DNA from: Eledone cirrhosa | Lineage: Eukaryota | Direction of reading: 5' to 3' | NCBI GenBank assembly: GCA_964016885.1 | Contig: OZ024740.1 | Span: 27,776,001-27,840,000, forward strand | Length of the DNA: 64,000 nt | Shown: positions 27,180 to 43,200 of the stretch, piece after piece | How positions within the stretch are numbered: the stretch's first letter is position 1 | How the letters are laid out: each line of letters opens with the position of its first letter | Notes under the pieces: model-generated | Told to the model about the DNA's origin: nothing | Database searches by the model: none | What the model saw: the letters and a program-made list of their open reading frames with translations, nothing else | Program-made: the position numbers and the translations under genes

Positions 27180-30100
27180 AGCAATACCTTGCGTCTATTG
27201 TAATCAATATTACAGTTGGTAACATATTAGTAAGAGCAATACCTTGTGTCTATTGTAATCAATATTACAGTTGGTAACATATTAGTAAGAGCAATACCTT
27301 TTGTCTATTGTAATCAATATTACAGTTGGTAACATATTAGTAAGAGCAATACCTTGTGTCTATTGTAATCAATATTACAGTTGGTAACATATTAGTAAGA
27401 GCAATACCTTGTGTCTATTGTAATCAATATTACAGTTGGTAACATATTAGTAAGAGCAATACCTTGTGTCTATTGTAATCAATATTACAGGTGGTAACAT
27501 ATTAATAAGAGTAATACCTTGTGTCTATTGTAATCAATATCACAGTTGGTAACATATTAGTAAGAGCAATACCGTGTGTCTATTGTAATCAATATTACAT
27601 GTGGAAACATATTAGTAAGAGCAACACCTTGTGTCTATTGTAATCAAAATTACAGGTGGTAGCATATTAGTAAAAGCAATACCTTGTGTCTATTATAATC
27701 AATATCACAGTTGGTAACATATTAGTAAGAGCAATACCTTGTGTCTATTGTAATCAATATTACAGGTGGTAGCATATTAGTAAAAGCAATACCTTGTGTC
27801 TATTGTAATCAATATTACAGTTGGTAACATATTAGTAAGAGCAATACCTTGTGTCTATTGTAATCAATATTACAGTTGGTAACATATTAGTAAGAGAATA
27901 CTTTGTGTCTATTGTAATCAATATTACTGTTGGTAACATATTAGTAAAAGCAATACCTTGTGTCTATTGTAATCAATATTACAGTTGGTAACATATTAGT
28001 AAGAGCAATACCTTGTGTCTAATGTAATCAATATTACAGTTGGTAACATATTAGTAAGAGCAATACCTTGTGTCTATTGTAATCAATATTACAGTTGGTA
28101 ACATATTAGTAAGAGAAATACTTTGTGTCTATTGTAATCAATATTACAGTTGGTAACATATTAGTAAAAGCAATACCTTGTGTCTATTGTAATCAATATT
28201 ACAGTTGGTAACATATTAGTAAGAGCAATACCTTGTGTCTAATGTAATCAATATTACAGTTGGTAACATATTAGTAAGAGCAATACCTTGTGTCTATTGT
28301 AATCAATATTACAGTTGGTAACATATTAGTAAGAGCAATACCTTGTCTCTATTGTAATCAATATTACAGTTGGTAACATATTAGTAAGAACAATACCTTA
28401 TGTCTATTGTAATCAATATTACAGTTGGTAACATATTAGTAAGAACAATACCTTGTGTCTATTGTAATCAATATTACAGTTGGTAACATATTAGTAAGAG
28501 CAATACCTTGTGTCTATTGTAATCAATATTACAGTTGGTAACATATTAGTAAGAGCAATGCCTTGTGTCTATTGTAATCAATATTACAGTTGGTAACATA
28601 TTAGTAAGAGCAATACCTTGTGTCTATTGTAATCAATATTACAGTTGGTAACATATTAGTAAGAGCAATACCTTGTGTCTATTGTAATCAATATTACAGT
28701 TGGTAACATATCATTAAGAGCAATACCTTGTGTCTATTGTAATCAATATTACAGTTGGTAACATATCAGTAAGAGCAATACCTTGTGTCTATTGTAATCA
28801 ATATCACAGTTGGTAACATATTAGTAAGAGCAATACCTTGTGTCTATTGTAATCAATATTACAGGTGGTAGCATATTAGTAAAAGCAATACCTTGTGTCT
28901 ATTGTAATCAATATTATAGTTGGTAACATATTAGTAAGAGCAATACCTTGTGTCTATTGTAATCAATATCACAGTTGGTAACATATTATTAAGAGCAATA
29001 CCTTGTGTCTATTGTAATCAATATTACAGGTGGTAGCATATTAGTAAAAGCAATACCTTGTGTCTATTGTAATCAACATCACAGTTGGTAACATATTAGT
29101 AAGAGCAATACCTCGTGTCTAATGTAATCAATATCACAGTTAGTAACATATTAGTAAGAGCAATACCTCCTTGTGTCTATGGTAATCAATATTACATTTG
29201 GTAACATAATAGTAAGAGCAATACCTTGTGTCTATTGTAATCAATATCACAGTTGGTAACATATTAGTAAGAGCAATACCTTGTGTCTATTGTAATCAAT
29301 ATTACAGGTGGTAGCATATTAGTAAAAGCAATACCTTGTGTCTATTGTAATCAACATCACAGTTGGTAACATATTAGTAAGAGCAATACCTCGTGTCTAA
29401 TGTAATCAATATCACAGTTAGTAACATATTAGTAAGAGCAATACCTCCTTGTGTCTATGGTAATCAATATTACAGTTGGTAACATATTAGTAAGAGCAAT
29501 ACCTTGTGTCTATTGTAATCAATATTACAGTTGGTAAAATATTAGTAAGAGCAATACCTTGTGTCTATTGTAATCAATATTACAGTTGGTAACATATTAG
29601 TAAGAGCAATGCCTTGTGTCTATTGTAATCAATATTACAGTTGGTAACATATTAGTAAGATCAATACCTTGTGTCTATTGTAATCAATATTACAGTTGGT
29701 AACTTATTAGTAAGAGCAATACCTTGTGTCTATTGTAATCAATATTACAGTTGGTAACATATTAGTAAGAGCAATACCTTGTGTCTATTGTAATCAATAT
29801 TACAGTTGGTAACATATTAGTAAGAGCAATACCTTGTGTCTATTGTAATCAATATTACAGTTGGTAACATATTAGTAAGAGCAATACCTTGTGTCTATTG
29901 TAATCAATATTACAGTTGGTAACATATTACTCAGAGCAATACCTTGTGTCTATTGTAATCAATATTACAGTTGGTAACATATTAGTAAGAGCAATACCTT
30001 GTGTCTATTGTAATCAATATTACAGTTGGTAACATACTAGTAAGAGCAATACCTTGTGTCTATTGTAATCAATATTACAGTTGGTAACATATTAGTAAGA

Positions 30101-33100
30101 GCAATACCTTGTGTCTATTGTAATCAATATTACAGTTGGTAACTTATTAGTAAGAGCAATACCTTGTGTCTATTGTAATCAATATTACAGTTGGTAACAG
30201 ATAAGTAAGAGCAATACCTTGTGTCTATTGTAATCAATATTACAGTTGGTAACATATTAGTAAGAGCAATACCTTGTGTCTATTGTAATCAATATTACAG
30301 TTGGTAACATATTAGTAGGAGCAATACCTTGTGTCTATTGTAATCAATATTACAGTTGGTATCATATTAGTAAGAGCAATACCTTGTGTCTATTGTAAAC
30401 AATATTACAGTTGGTAACATATTAGTAAGAGCAATACCTTGTGTCTATTGTAATCAATATTACAGTTGGTAACATATTAGTAAGAGCAATACCTTGCGTC
30501 TATTGTAATCAATATTACAGTTGGTAACATATTAGTAAGAGCAATACCTTGTGTCTATTGTAATCAATATTACAGTTGGTAACATATTAGTAAGAGCAAT
30601 ACCTTTTGTCTATTGTAATCAATATTACAGTTGGTAACATATTAGTAAGAGCAATACCTTGTGTCTATTGTAATCAATATTACAGTTGGTAACATATTAG
30701 TAAGAGCAATACCTTGTGTCTATTGTAATCAATATTACAGTTGGTAACATATTAGTAAGAGCAATACCTTGTGTCTATTGTAATCAATATTACAGGTGGT
30801 AACATATTAATAAGAGTAATACCTTGTGTCTATTGTAATCAATATCACAGTTGGTAACATATTAGTAAGAGCAATACCGTGTGTCTATTGTAATCAATAT
30901 TACATGTGGTAACATATTAGTAAGAGCAACACCTTGTGTCTATTGTAATCAAAATTACAGGTGGTAGCATATTAGTAAAAGCAATACCTTGTGTCTATTG
31001 TAATCAATATCACAGTTGGTAACATATTAGTAAGAGCAATACCTTGTGTCTATTGTAATCAATATTACAGGTGGTAGCATATTAGTAAAAGCAATACCTT
31101 GTGTCTATTGTAATCAATATTACAGTTGGTAACATATTAGTAAGAGCAATACCTTGTGTCTATTGTAATCAATATTACAGTTGGTAACATATTAGTAAGA
31201 GCAATACCTTGCGTCTATTGTAATCAATATTACAGTTGGTAACATATTAGTAAGAGCAATACCTTGTGTCTATTGTAATCAATATTACAGTTGGTAACAT
31301 ATTAGTAAGAGCAATACCTTTTGTCTATTGTAATCAATATTACAGTTGGTAACATATTAGTAAGAGCAATACCTTGTGTCTATTGTAATCAATATTACAG
31401 TTGGTAACATATTAGTAAGAGCAATACCTTGTGTCTATTGTAATCAATATTACAGTTGGTAACATATTAGTAAGAGCAATACCTTGTGTCTATTGTAATC
31501 AATATTACAGGTGGTAACATATTAATAAGAGTAATACCTTGTGTCTATTGTAATCAATATCACAGTTGGTAACATATTAGTAAGAGCAATACCGTGTGTC
31601 TATTGTAATCAATATTACATGTGGAAACATATTAGTAAGAGCAACACCTTGTGTCTATTGTAATCAAAATTACAGGTGGTAGCATATTAGTAAAAGCAAT
31701 ACCTTGTGTCTATTATAATCAATATCACAGTTGGTAACATATTAGTAAGAGCAATACCTTGTGTCTATTGTAATCAATATTACAGGTGGTAGCATATTAG
31801 TAAAAGCAATACCTTGTGTCTATTGTAATCAATATTACAGTTGGTAACATATTAGTAAGAGCAATACCTTGTGTCTATTGTAATCAATATTACAGTTGGT
31901 AACATATTAGTAAGAGAATACTTTGTGTCTATTGTAATCAATATTACTGTTGGTAACATATTAGTAAAAGCAATACCTTGTGTCTATTGTAATCAATATT
32001 ACAGTTGGTAACATATTAGTAAGAGCAATACCTTGTGTCTAATGTAATCAATATTACAGTTGGTAACATATTAGTAAGAGCAATACCTTGTGTCTATTGT
32101 AATCAATATTACAGTTGGTAACATATTAGTAAGAGAAATACTTTGTGTCTATTGTAATCAATATTACAGTTGGTAACATATTAGTAAAAGCAATACCTTG
32201 TGTCTATTGTAATCAATATTACAGTTGGTAACATATTAGTAAGAGCAATACCTTGTGTCTAATGTAATCAATATTACAGTTGGTAACATATTAGTAAGAG
32301 CAATACCTTGTGTCTATTGTAATCAATATTACAGTTGGTAACATATTAGTAAGAGCAATACCTTGTCTCTATTGTAATCAATATTACAGTTGGTAACATA
32401 TTAGTAAGAACAATACCTTATGTCTATTGTAATCAATATTACAGTTGGTAACATATTAGTAAGAACAATACCTTGTGTCTATTGTAATCAATATTACAGT
32501 TGGTAACATATTAGTAAGAGCAATACCTTGTGTCTATTGTAATCAATATTACAGTTGGTAACATATTAGTAAGAGCAATGCCTTGTGTCTATTGTAATCA
32601 ATATTACAGTTGGTAACATATTAGTAAGAGCAATACCTTGTGTCTATTGTAATCAATATTACAGTTGGTAACATATTAGTAAGAGCAATACCTTGTGTCT
32701 ATTGTAATCAATATTACAGTTGGTAACATATCATTAAGAGCAATACCTTGTGTCTATTGTAATCAATATTACAGTTGGTAACATATCAGTAAGAGCAATA
32801 CCTTGTGTCTATTGTAATCAATATCACAGTTGGTAACATATTAGTAAGAGCAATACCTTGTGTCTATTGTAATCAATATTACAGGTGGTAGCATATTAGT
32901 AAAAGCAATACCTTGTGTCTATTGTAATCAATATTATAGTTGGTAACATATTAGTAAGAGCAATACCTTGTGTCTATTGTAATCAATATCACAGTTGGTA
33001 ACATATTATTAAGAGCAATACCTTGTGTCTATTGTAATCAATATTACAGGTGGTAGCATATTAGTAAAAGCAATACCTTGTGTCTATTGTAATCAACATC

Positions 33101-35220
33101 ACAGTTGGTAACATATTAGTAAGAGCAATACCTCGTGTCTAATGTAATCAATATCACAGTTAGTAACATATTAGTAAGAGCAATACCTCCTTGTGTCTAT
33201 GGTAATCAATATTACATTTGGTAACATAATAGTAAGAGCAATACCTTGTGTCTATTGTAATCAATATCACAGTTGGTAACATATTAGTAAGAGCAATACC
33301 TTGTGTCTATTGTAATCAATATTACAGGTGGTAGCATATTAGTAAAAGCAATACCTTGTGTCTATTGTAATCAACATCACAGTTGGTAACATATTAGTAA
33401 GAGCAATACCTCGTGTCTAATGTAATCAATATCACAGTTAGTAACATATTAGTAAGAGCAATACCTCCTTGTGTCTATGGTAATCAATATTACAGTTGGT
33501 AACATATTAGTAAGAGCAATACCTTGTGTCTATTGTAATCAATATTACAGTTGGTAAAATATTAGTAAGAGCAATACCTTGTGTCTATTGTAATCAATAT
33601 TACAGTTGGTAACATATTAGTAAGAGCAATGCCTTGTGTCTATTGTAATCAATATTACAGTTGGTAACATATTAGTAAGATCAATACCTTGTGTCTATTG
33701 TAATCAATATTACAGTTGGTAACTTATTAGTAAGAGCAATACCTTGTGTCTATTGTAATCAATATTACAGTTGGTAACATATTAGTAAGAGCAATACCTT
33801 GTGTCTATTGTAATCAATATTACAGTTGGTAACATATTAGTAAGAGCAATACCTTGTGTCTATTGTAATCAATATTACAGTTGGTAACATATTAGTAAGA
33901 GCAATACCTTGTGTCTATTGTAATCAATATTACAGTTGGTAACATATTACTCAGAGCAATACCTTGTGTCTATTGTAATCAATATTACAGTTGGTAACAT
34001 ATTAGTAAGAGCAATACCTTGTGTCTATTGTAATCAATATTACAGTTGGTAACATATTAGTAAGAGCAATACCTTGTGTCTATTGTAATCAATATTACAG
34101 TTGGTAACATATTAGTAAGAGCAATACCTTGTGTCTATTGTAATCAATATTACAGTTGGTAACTTATTAGTAAGAGCAATACCTTGTGTCTATTGTAATC
34201 AATATTACAGTTGGTAACAGATAAGTAAGAGCAATACCTTGTGTCTATTGTAATCAATATTACAGTTGGTAACATATTAGTAAGAGCAATACCTTGTGTC
34301 TATTGTAATCAATATTACAGTTGGTAACATATTAGTAGGAGCAATACCTTGTGTCTATTGTAATCAATATTACAGTTGGTATCATATTAGTAAGAGCAAT
34401 ACCTTGTGTCTATTGTAAACAATATTACAGTTGGTAACATATTAGTAAGAGCAATACCTTGTGTCTATTGTAATCAATATTACAGTTGGTAACATATTAG
34501 TAAGAGCAATACCTTGCGTCTATTGTAATCAATATTACAGTTGGTAACATATTAGTAAGAGCAATACCTTGTGTCTATTGTAATCAATATTACAGTTGGT
34601 AACATATTAGTAAGAGCAATACCTTTTGTCTATTGTAATCAATATTACAGTTGGTAACATATTAGTAAGAGCAATACCTTGTGTCTATTGTAATCAATAT
34701 TACAGTTGGTAACATATTAGTAAGAGCAATACCTTGTGTCTATTGTAATCAATATTACAGTTGGTAACATATTAGTAAGAGCAATACCTTGTGTCTATTG
34801 TAATCAATATTACAGGTGGTAACATATTAATAAGAGTAATACCTTGTGTCTATTGTAATCAATATCACAGTTGGTAACATATTAGTAAGAGCAATACCGT
34901 GTGTCTATTGTAATCAATATTACATGTGGTAACATATTAGTAAGAGCAACACCTTGTGTCTATTGTAATCAAAATTACAGGTGGTAGCATATTAGTAAAA
35001 GCAATACCTTGTGTCTATTGTAATCAATATCACAGTTGGTAACATATTAGTAAGAGCAATACCTTGTGTCTATTGTAATCAATATTACAGGTGGTAGCAT
35101 ATTAGTAAAAGCAATACCTTGTGTCTATTGTAATCAATATTACAGTTGGTAACATATTAGTAAGAGCAATACCTTGTGTCTATTGTAATCAATATTACAG
35201 TTGGTAACATATTAGTAAGA
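27180..35220. repeat. Near-identical 73-monomer tandem duplication, offset 4020 bp
   Basis: The lines starting at 27181 and 31201 match in register. Private variants are shared (GTGGAAAC 27601/31621, TATTACTCAG about 29925/33945, AGTAGGAG about 30314/34334). Confidence 0.95.
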
Positions 35221-38200
35221 GAATACTTTGTGTCTATTGTAATCAATATTACTGTTGGTAACATATTAGTAAAAGCAATTCCTTGTGTCTATTGTAATCA
35301 ATATTACATTTGGTAACATAATAGTAAGAGCAATACCTTGTGTCTATTGTAATCAATATCACAGTTGGTAACATATTAGTAAGAGCAATACCTTGTGTCT
35401 ATTGTAATCAATATTACAGGTGGTAGCATATTAGTAAAAGCAATACCTTGTGTCTATTGTAATCAACATCACAGTTGGTAACATATTAGTAAGAGCAATA
35501 CCTCGTGTCTAATGTAATCAATATCACAGTTAGTAACATATTAGTAAGAGCAATACCTCCTTGTGTCTATGGTAATCAATATTACAGTTGGTAACATATT
35601 AGTAAGAGCAATACCTTGTGTCTATTGTAATCAATATTACAGTTGGTAAAATATTAGTAAGAGCAATACATTGTGTCTATTGTAATCAATATTACAGTTG
35701 GTAACATATTAGTAAGAGCAATGCCTTGTGTCTATTGTAATCAATATTACAGTTGGTAACATATTAGTAAGATCAATACCTTGTGTCTATTGTAATCAAT
35801 ATTACAGTTGGTAACATATTAGTAAGAGCAATACCTTGTGTCTATTGTAATCAATATTACAGTTGGTAACATATTAGTAAGAGCAATACCTTGTGTCTAT
35901 TGTAATCAATATTACAGTTGGTAACATATTAGTAAGAGCAATACCTTGTGTCTATTGTAATCAATATTACAGTTGGTAACATATTACTAAGAGCAATAAC
36001 TTGTGTCTATTGTAATCAATATTACAGTTGGTAACATATTAGTAAGAGCAATACCTTGTGTCTATTGTAATCAATATTACAGTTGGTAACATATTAGTAA
36101 GAGCAATACCTTGTGTCTATTGTAATCAATATTACAGTTGGTAACATATTAGTAAGAGCAATACCTTGTGTCTATTGTAATCAATATTACAGTTGGTAAC
36201 TTATTAGTAAGAGCAATACCTTGTGTCTATTGTAATCAATATTACAGTTGGTAACATATAAGTAAGAGCAATACCTTGTGTCTATTGTAATCAATATTAC
36301 AGTTGGTAACATATTAGTAAGAGCAATACCTTGTGTCTATTGTAATCAATATTACAGTTGGTAACATATTAGTAAGAGCAATACCTTGTGTCTATTGTAA
36401 TCAATATTACAGTTGGTATCATATTAGTAAGAGCAATACCTTGTGTCTATTGTAAACAATATTACAGTTGGTAACATATTAGTAAGAGCAATACCTTGTG
36501 TCTATTGTAATCAATATTACAGTTGGTAACATATTAGTAAGAGCAATACCTTGCGTCTATTGTAATCAATATTACAGTTGGTAACATATTAGTAAGAGCA
36601 ATACCTTGTGTCTATTGTAATCAATATTACAGTTGGTAACATATTAGTAAGAGCAATACCTTTTGTCTATTGTAATCAATATTACAGTTGGTAACATATT
36701 AGTAAGAGCAATACCTTGTGTCTATTGTAATCAATATTACAGTTGGTAACATATTAGTAAGAGCAATACCTTGTGTCTATTGTAATCAATATTACAGTTG
36801 GTAACATATTAGTAAGAGCAATACCTTGTGTCTATCGTAATCAATATTACAGGTGGTAACATATTAATAAGAGTAATACCTTGTGTCTATTGTAATCAAT
36901 ATCACAGTTGGTAACATATTAGTAAGAGCAATACCGTGTGTCTATTGTAATCAATATTACATGTGGTAACATATTAGTAAGAGCAACACCTTGTGTCTAT
37001 TGTAATCAAAATTACAGGTGGTAGCATATTAGTAAAAGCAATACCTTGTGTCTATTGTAATCAATATCACAGTTGGTAACATATTAGTAAGAGCAATACC
37101 TTGTGTCTATTGTAATCAATATTACAGGTGGTAGCATATTAGTAAAAGCAATACCTTGTGTCTATTGTAATCAATATTACAGTTGGTAACATATTAGTAA
37201 GAGCAATACCTTGTGTCTATTGTAATCAATATTACAGTTGGTAACATATTAGTAAGAGAATACTTTGTGTCTATTGTAATCAATATTACTGTTGGTAACA
37301 TATTAGTAAAAGCAATACCTTGTGTCTATTGTAATCAATATTACAGTTGGTAACATATTAGTAAGAGCAATACCTTGTGTCTAATGTAATCAATATTACA
37401 GTTGGTAACATATTAGTAAGAGCAATACCTTGTGTCTATTGTAATCAATATTACAGTTGGTAACATATTAGTAAGAGAAATACTTTGTGTCTATTGTAAT
37501 CAATATTACAGTTGGTAACATATTAGTAAAAGCAATACCTTGTGTCTATTGTAATCAATATTACAGTTGGTAACATATTAGTAAGAGCAATACCTTGTGT
37601 CTAATGTAATCAATATTACAGTTGGTAACATATTAGTAAGAGCAATACCTTGTGTCTATTGTAATCAATATTACAGTTGGTAACATATTAGTAAGAGCAA
37701 TACCTTGTGTCTATTGTAATCAATATTACAGTTGGTAACATATTAGTAAGAACAATACCTTATGTCTATTGTAATCAATATTACAGTTGGTAACATATTA
37801 GTAAGAACAATACCTTGTGTCTATTGTAATCAATATTACAGTTGGTAACATATTAGTAAGAGCAATACCTTGTGTCTATTGTAATCAATATTACAGTTGG
37901 TAACATATTAGTAAGAGCAATGCCTTGTGTCTATTGTAATCAATATTACAGTTGGTAACATATTAGTAAGAGCAATACCTTGTGTCTATTGTAATCAATA
38001 TTACAGTTGGTAACATATTAGTAAGAGCAATACCTTGTGTCTATTGTAATCAATATTACAGTTGGTAACATATCATTAAGAGCAATACCTTGTGTCTATT
38101 GTAATCAATATTACAGTTGGTAACATATCAGTAAGAGCAATACCTTGTGTCTATTGTAATCAATATCACAGTTGGTAACATATTAGTAAGAGCAATACCT

Positions 38201-40299
38201 TGTGTCTATTGTAATCAATATTACAGGTGGTAGCATATTAGTAAAAGCAATACCTTGTGTCTATTGTAATCAATATTATAGTTGGTAACATATTAGTAAG
38301 AGCAATACCTTGTGTCTATTGTAATCAATATCACAGTTGGTAACATATTAGTAAGAGCAATACCTTGTGTCTATTGTAATCAATATTACAGGTGGTAGCA
38401 TATTAGTAAAAGCAATACCTTGTGTCTATTGTAATCAACATCACAGTTGGTAACATATTAGTAAGAGCAATACCTCGTGTCTAATGTAATCAATATCACA
38501 GTTAGTAACATATTAGTAAGAGCAATACCTCCTTGTGTCTATGGTAATAAATATTACATTTGGTAACATAATAGTAAGAGCAATACCTTGTGTCTATTGT
38601 AATCAATATCACAGTTGGTAACATATTAGTAAGAGCAATACCTTGTGTCTATTGTAATCAATATTACAGGTGGTAGCATATTAGTAAAAGAAATACCTTG
38701 TGTCTATTGTAATCAACATCACAGTTGGTAACATATTAGTAAGAGCAATACCTCGTGTCTAATGTAATCAATATCACAGTTAGTAACATATTAGTAAGAG
38801 CAATACCTCCTTGTGTCTATGGTAATCAATATTACAGTTGGTAACATATTAGTAAGAGCAATACCTTGTGTCTATTGTAATCAATATTACAGTTGGTAAA
38901 ATATTAGTAAGAGCAATACCTTGTGTCTATTGTAATCAATATTACAGTTGGTAACATATTAGTAAGAGCAATGCCTTGTGTCTATTGTAATCAATATTAC
39001 AGTTGGTAACATATTAGTAAGATCAATACCTTGTGTCTATTGTAATCAATATTACAGTTGGTAACTTATTAGTAAGAGCAATACCTTGTGTCTATTGTAA
39101 TCAATATTACAGTTGGTAACATATTAGTAAGAGCAATACCTTGTGTCTATTGTAATCAATATTACAGTTGGTAACATATTAGTAAGAGCAAAACCTTGTG
39201 TCTATTTTAATCAATATTACAGTTGGTAACATATTAGTAAGAGCAATACCTTGTGTCTATTGTAATCAATATTACAGTTGGTATCATATTAGTAAGAGCA
39301 ATACCTTGTGTCTATTGTAATCAATATTACAGTTGGTAACATATTAGTAAGAGCAATACCTTGTGTCTATTGTAATCAATATTACAGTTGGTAACATATT
39401 AGTAAGAGCAATGCCTTGTGTCTATTGTAATCAATATTACAGTTGGTAACATATTAGTAAGAGCAATACCTTGTGTCTATTGTAATCAATATTACAGTTG
39501 GTAACATATTAGTAAGAGCAATACCTTGTGTCTATTGTAATCAATATTACAGTTGGTAACATATTAGTAAGAGCAATACCTTGTGTCTATTGTAATCAAT
39601 ATTACAGTTGGTAACATATTAGTAAGAGCAATACCTTGTGTCTATTGTAATCAATATTACAGTTGGTAACTTATTAGTAAGAGCAATACCTTGTGTCTAT
39701 TGTAATCAATATTACAGTTGGTAACATATAAGTAAGAGCAATACCTTGTGTCTATTGTAATCAATATTACAGTTGGTAACATATTAGTAAGAGCAATACC
39801 TTGTGTCTATTGTAATCAATATTACAGTTGGTAACATATTAGTAAGAGCAATACCTTGTGTCTATTGTAATCAATATTACAGTTGGTATCATATTAGTAA
39901 GAGCAATACCTTGTGTCTATTGTAATCAATATTACAGTTGGTAACATATTAGTAAGAGCAATACCTTGTGTCTATTGTAATCAATATTACAGTTGGTAAC
40001 ATATTAGTAAGAGCAATACCTTGCGTCTATTGTAATCAATATTACAGTTGGTAACATATTAGTAAGAGCAATACCTTGTGTCTATTGTAATCAATATTAC
40101 AGTTGGTAACATATTAGTAAGAGCAATACCTTTTGTCTATTGTAATCAATATTACAGTTGGTAACATATTAGTAAGATCAATACCTTGTGTCTATTGTAA
40201 TCAATATTACAGTTGGTAACATATTAGTAAGAGCAATACCTTGTGTCTATTGTAATCAATATTACAGTTGGTAACATATTAGTTAGAGCAATACCTTGT

Positions 40300-43200
40300 G
40301 TCTATTGTAATCAATATTACAGGTGGTAACATATTAATAAGAGTAATACCTTGTGTCTATTGTAATCAATATCACAGTTGGTAACATATTAGTAAGAGCA
40401 ATACCGTGTGTCTATTGTAATCAATATTACTTGTGGTAACATATTAGTAAGAGCAATACCTTGTGTCTATTGTAATCAAAATTACAGGTGGTAGCATATT
40501 AGTAAAAGCAATACCTTGTGTCTATTGTAATCAATATCACAGTTGGTAACATATTAGTAAGAGCAATACCTTGTGTCTATTGTAATCAATATTACAGGTG
40601 GTAGCATATTAGTAAAAGCAATACCTTGTGTCTATTGTAATCAATATTACAGTTGGTAACATATTAGTAAGAGCAATACCTTGTGTCTATTGTAATCAAT
40701 ATTACAGTTGGTAACATATTAGTAAGAGAATACTTTGTGTCTATTGTAATCAATATTACAGTTGGTAACATATTAGTAAAAGCAATACCTTGTGTCTATT
40801 GTAATCAATATTACAGTTGGTAACATATTAGTAAGAGCAATACCTTGTGTCTATTGTAATCAATATTACAGTTGGTAACATATTAGTAAGAGAAATACTT
40901 TGTGTCTATTGTAATCAATATTACAGTTGGTAACATATTAGTAAAAGCAATACCTTGTGTCTATTGTAATCAATATTACAGTTGGTAACATATTAGTAAG
41001 AGCAATGCCTTGTGTCTATTGTAATCAATATTACAGTTGGTAACATATTAGTAAGAGCAATACCTTGTGTCTATTGTAATCAATATTACAGTTGGTAACA
41101 TATTAGTAAGAGCAATACCTTGTGTCTATTGTAATCAATATTACAGTTGGTAACATATTAGTAAGAGCAATACCTTGTGTCTATTGTAATCAATATTACA
41201 GTTGGTAACATATTAGTAAGAGCAATACCTTGTGTCTATTGTAATCAATATTACAGTTGGTAACTTATTAGTAAGAGCAATACCTTGTGTCTATTGTAAT
41301 CAATATTACAGTTGGTAACATATAAGTAAGAGCAATACCTTGTGTCTATTGTAATCAATATTACAGTTGGTAACATATTAGTAAGAGCAATACCTTGTGT
41401 CTATTGTAATCAATATTACAGTTGGTAACATATTAGTAAGAGCAATACCTTGTGTCTATTGTAATCAATATTACAGTTGGTATCATATTAGTAAGAGCAA
41501 TACCTTGTGTCTATTGTAATCAATATTACAGTTGGTAACATATTAGTAAGAGCAATACCTTGTGTCTATTGTAATCAATATTACAGTTGGTAACATATTA
41601 GTAAGAGCAATACCTTGCGTCTATTGTAATCAATATTACAGTTGGTAACATATTAGTAAGAGCAATACCTTGTGTCTATTGTAATCAATATTACAGTTGG
41701 TAACATATTAGTAAGAGCAATACCTTTTGTCTATTGTAATCAATATTACAGTTGGTAACATATTAGTAAGAGCAATACCTTGTGTCTATTGTAATCAATA
41801 TTACAGTTGGTAACATATTAGTAAGAGCAATACCTTGTGTCTATTGTAATCAATATTACAGTTGGTAACATATTAGTAAGAGCATACCTTGTGTCTATTG
41901 TAATCAATATTACAGGTGGTAACATATTAATAAGAGTAATACCTTGTGTCTATTGTAATCAATATCACAGTTGTTAACATATTAGTAAGAGCAATACCGT
42001 GTGTCTATTGTAATCAATATTACTTGTGGTAACATATTAGTAAGAGCAATACCTTGTGTCTATTGTAATCAAAATTACAGGTGGTAGCATATTAGTAAAA
42101 GCAATACCTTGTGTCTATTGTAATCAATATCACAGTTGGTAACATATTAGTAAGAGCAATACCTTGTGTCTATTGTAATCAATATTACAGGTGGTAGCAT
42201 ATTAGTAAAAGCAATACCTTGTGTCTATTGTAATCAATATTACAGTTGGTAACATATTAGTAAGAGCAATACCTTGTGTCTATTGTAATCAATATTACAG
42301 TTGGTAACATATTAGTAAGAGAATACTTTGTGTCTATTGTAATCAATATTACAGTTGGTAACATATTAGTAAAAGCAATACCTTGTGTCTATTGTAATCA
42401 ATATTACAGTTGGTAACATATTAGTAAGAGCAATACCTTGTGTCTATTGTAATCAATATTACAGTTGGTAACATATTAGTAAGAGAAATACTTTGTGTCT
42501 ATTGTAATCAATATTACAGTTGGTAACATATTAGTAAAAGCAATACCTTGTGTCTATTGTAATCAATATTACAGTTGGTAACATATTAGTAAGAGCAATA
42601 CCTTGTGTCTAATGTAATCAATATTACAGTTGGTAACATATTAGTAAGAGCAATACCTTGTGTCTATTGTAATCAATATTACAGTTGGTAACATATTAGT
42701 AAGAGCAATACCTTGTGTCTATTGTAATCAATATTACAGTTGGTAACATATTAGTAAGAACAATACCTTATGTCTATTGTAATCAATATTACAGTTGGTA
42801 ACATATTAGTAAGAACAATACCTTGTGTCTATTGTAATCAATATTACAGTTGGTAACATATTAGTAAGAGCAATACCTTGTGTCTATTGTAATCAATATT
42901 ACAGTTGGTAACATATTAGTAAGAGCAATGCCTTGTGTCTATTGTAATCAATATTACAGTTGGTAACATATTAGTAAGAGCAATACCTTGTGTCTATTGT
43001 AATCAATATTACAGTTGGTAACATATTAGTAAGAGCAATACCTTGTGTCTATTGTAATCAATATTACAGTTGGTAACATATCATTAAGAGCAATACCTTG
43101 TGTCTATTGTAATCAATATTACAGTTGGTAACATATCAGTAAGAGCAATACCTTGTGTCTATTGTAATCAATATCACAGTTGGTAACATATTAGTAAGAG

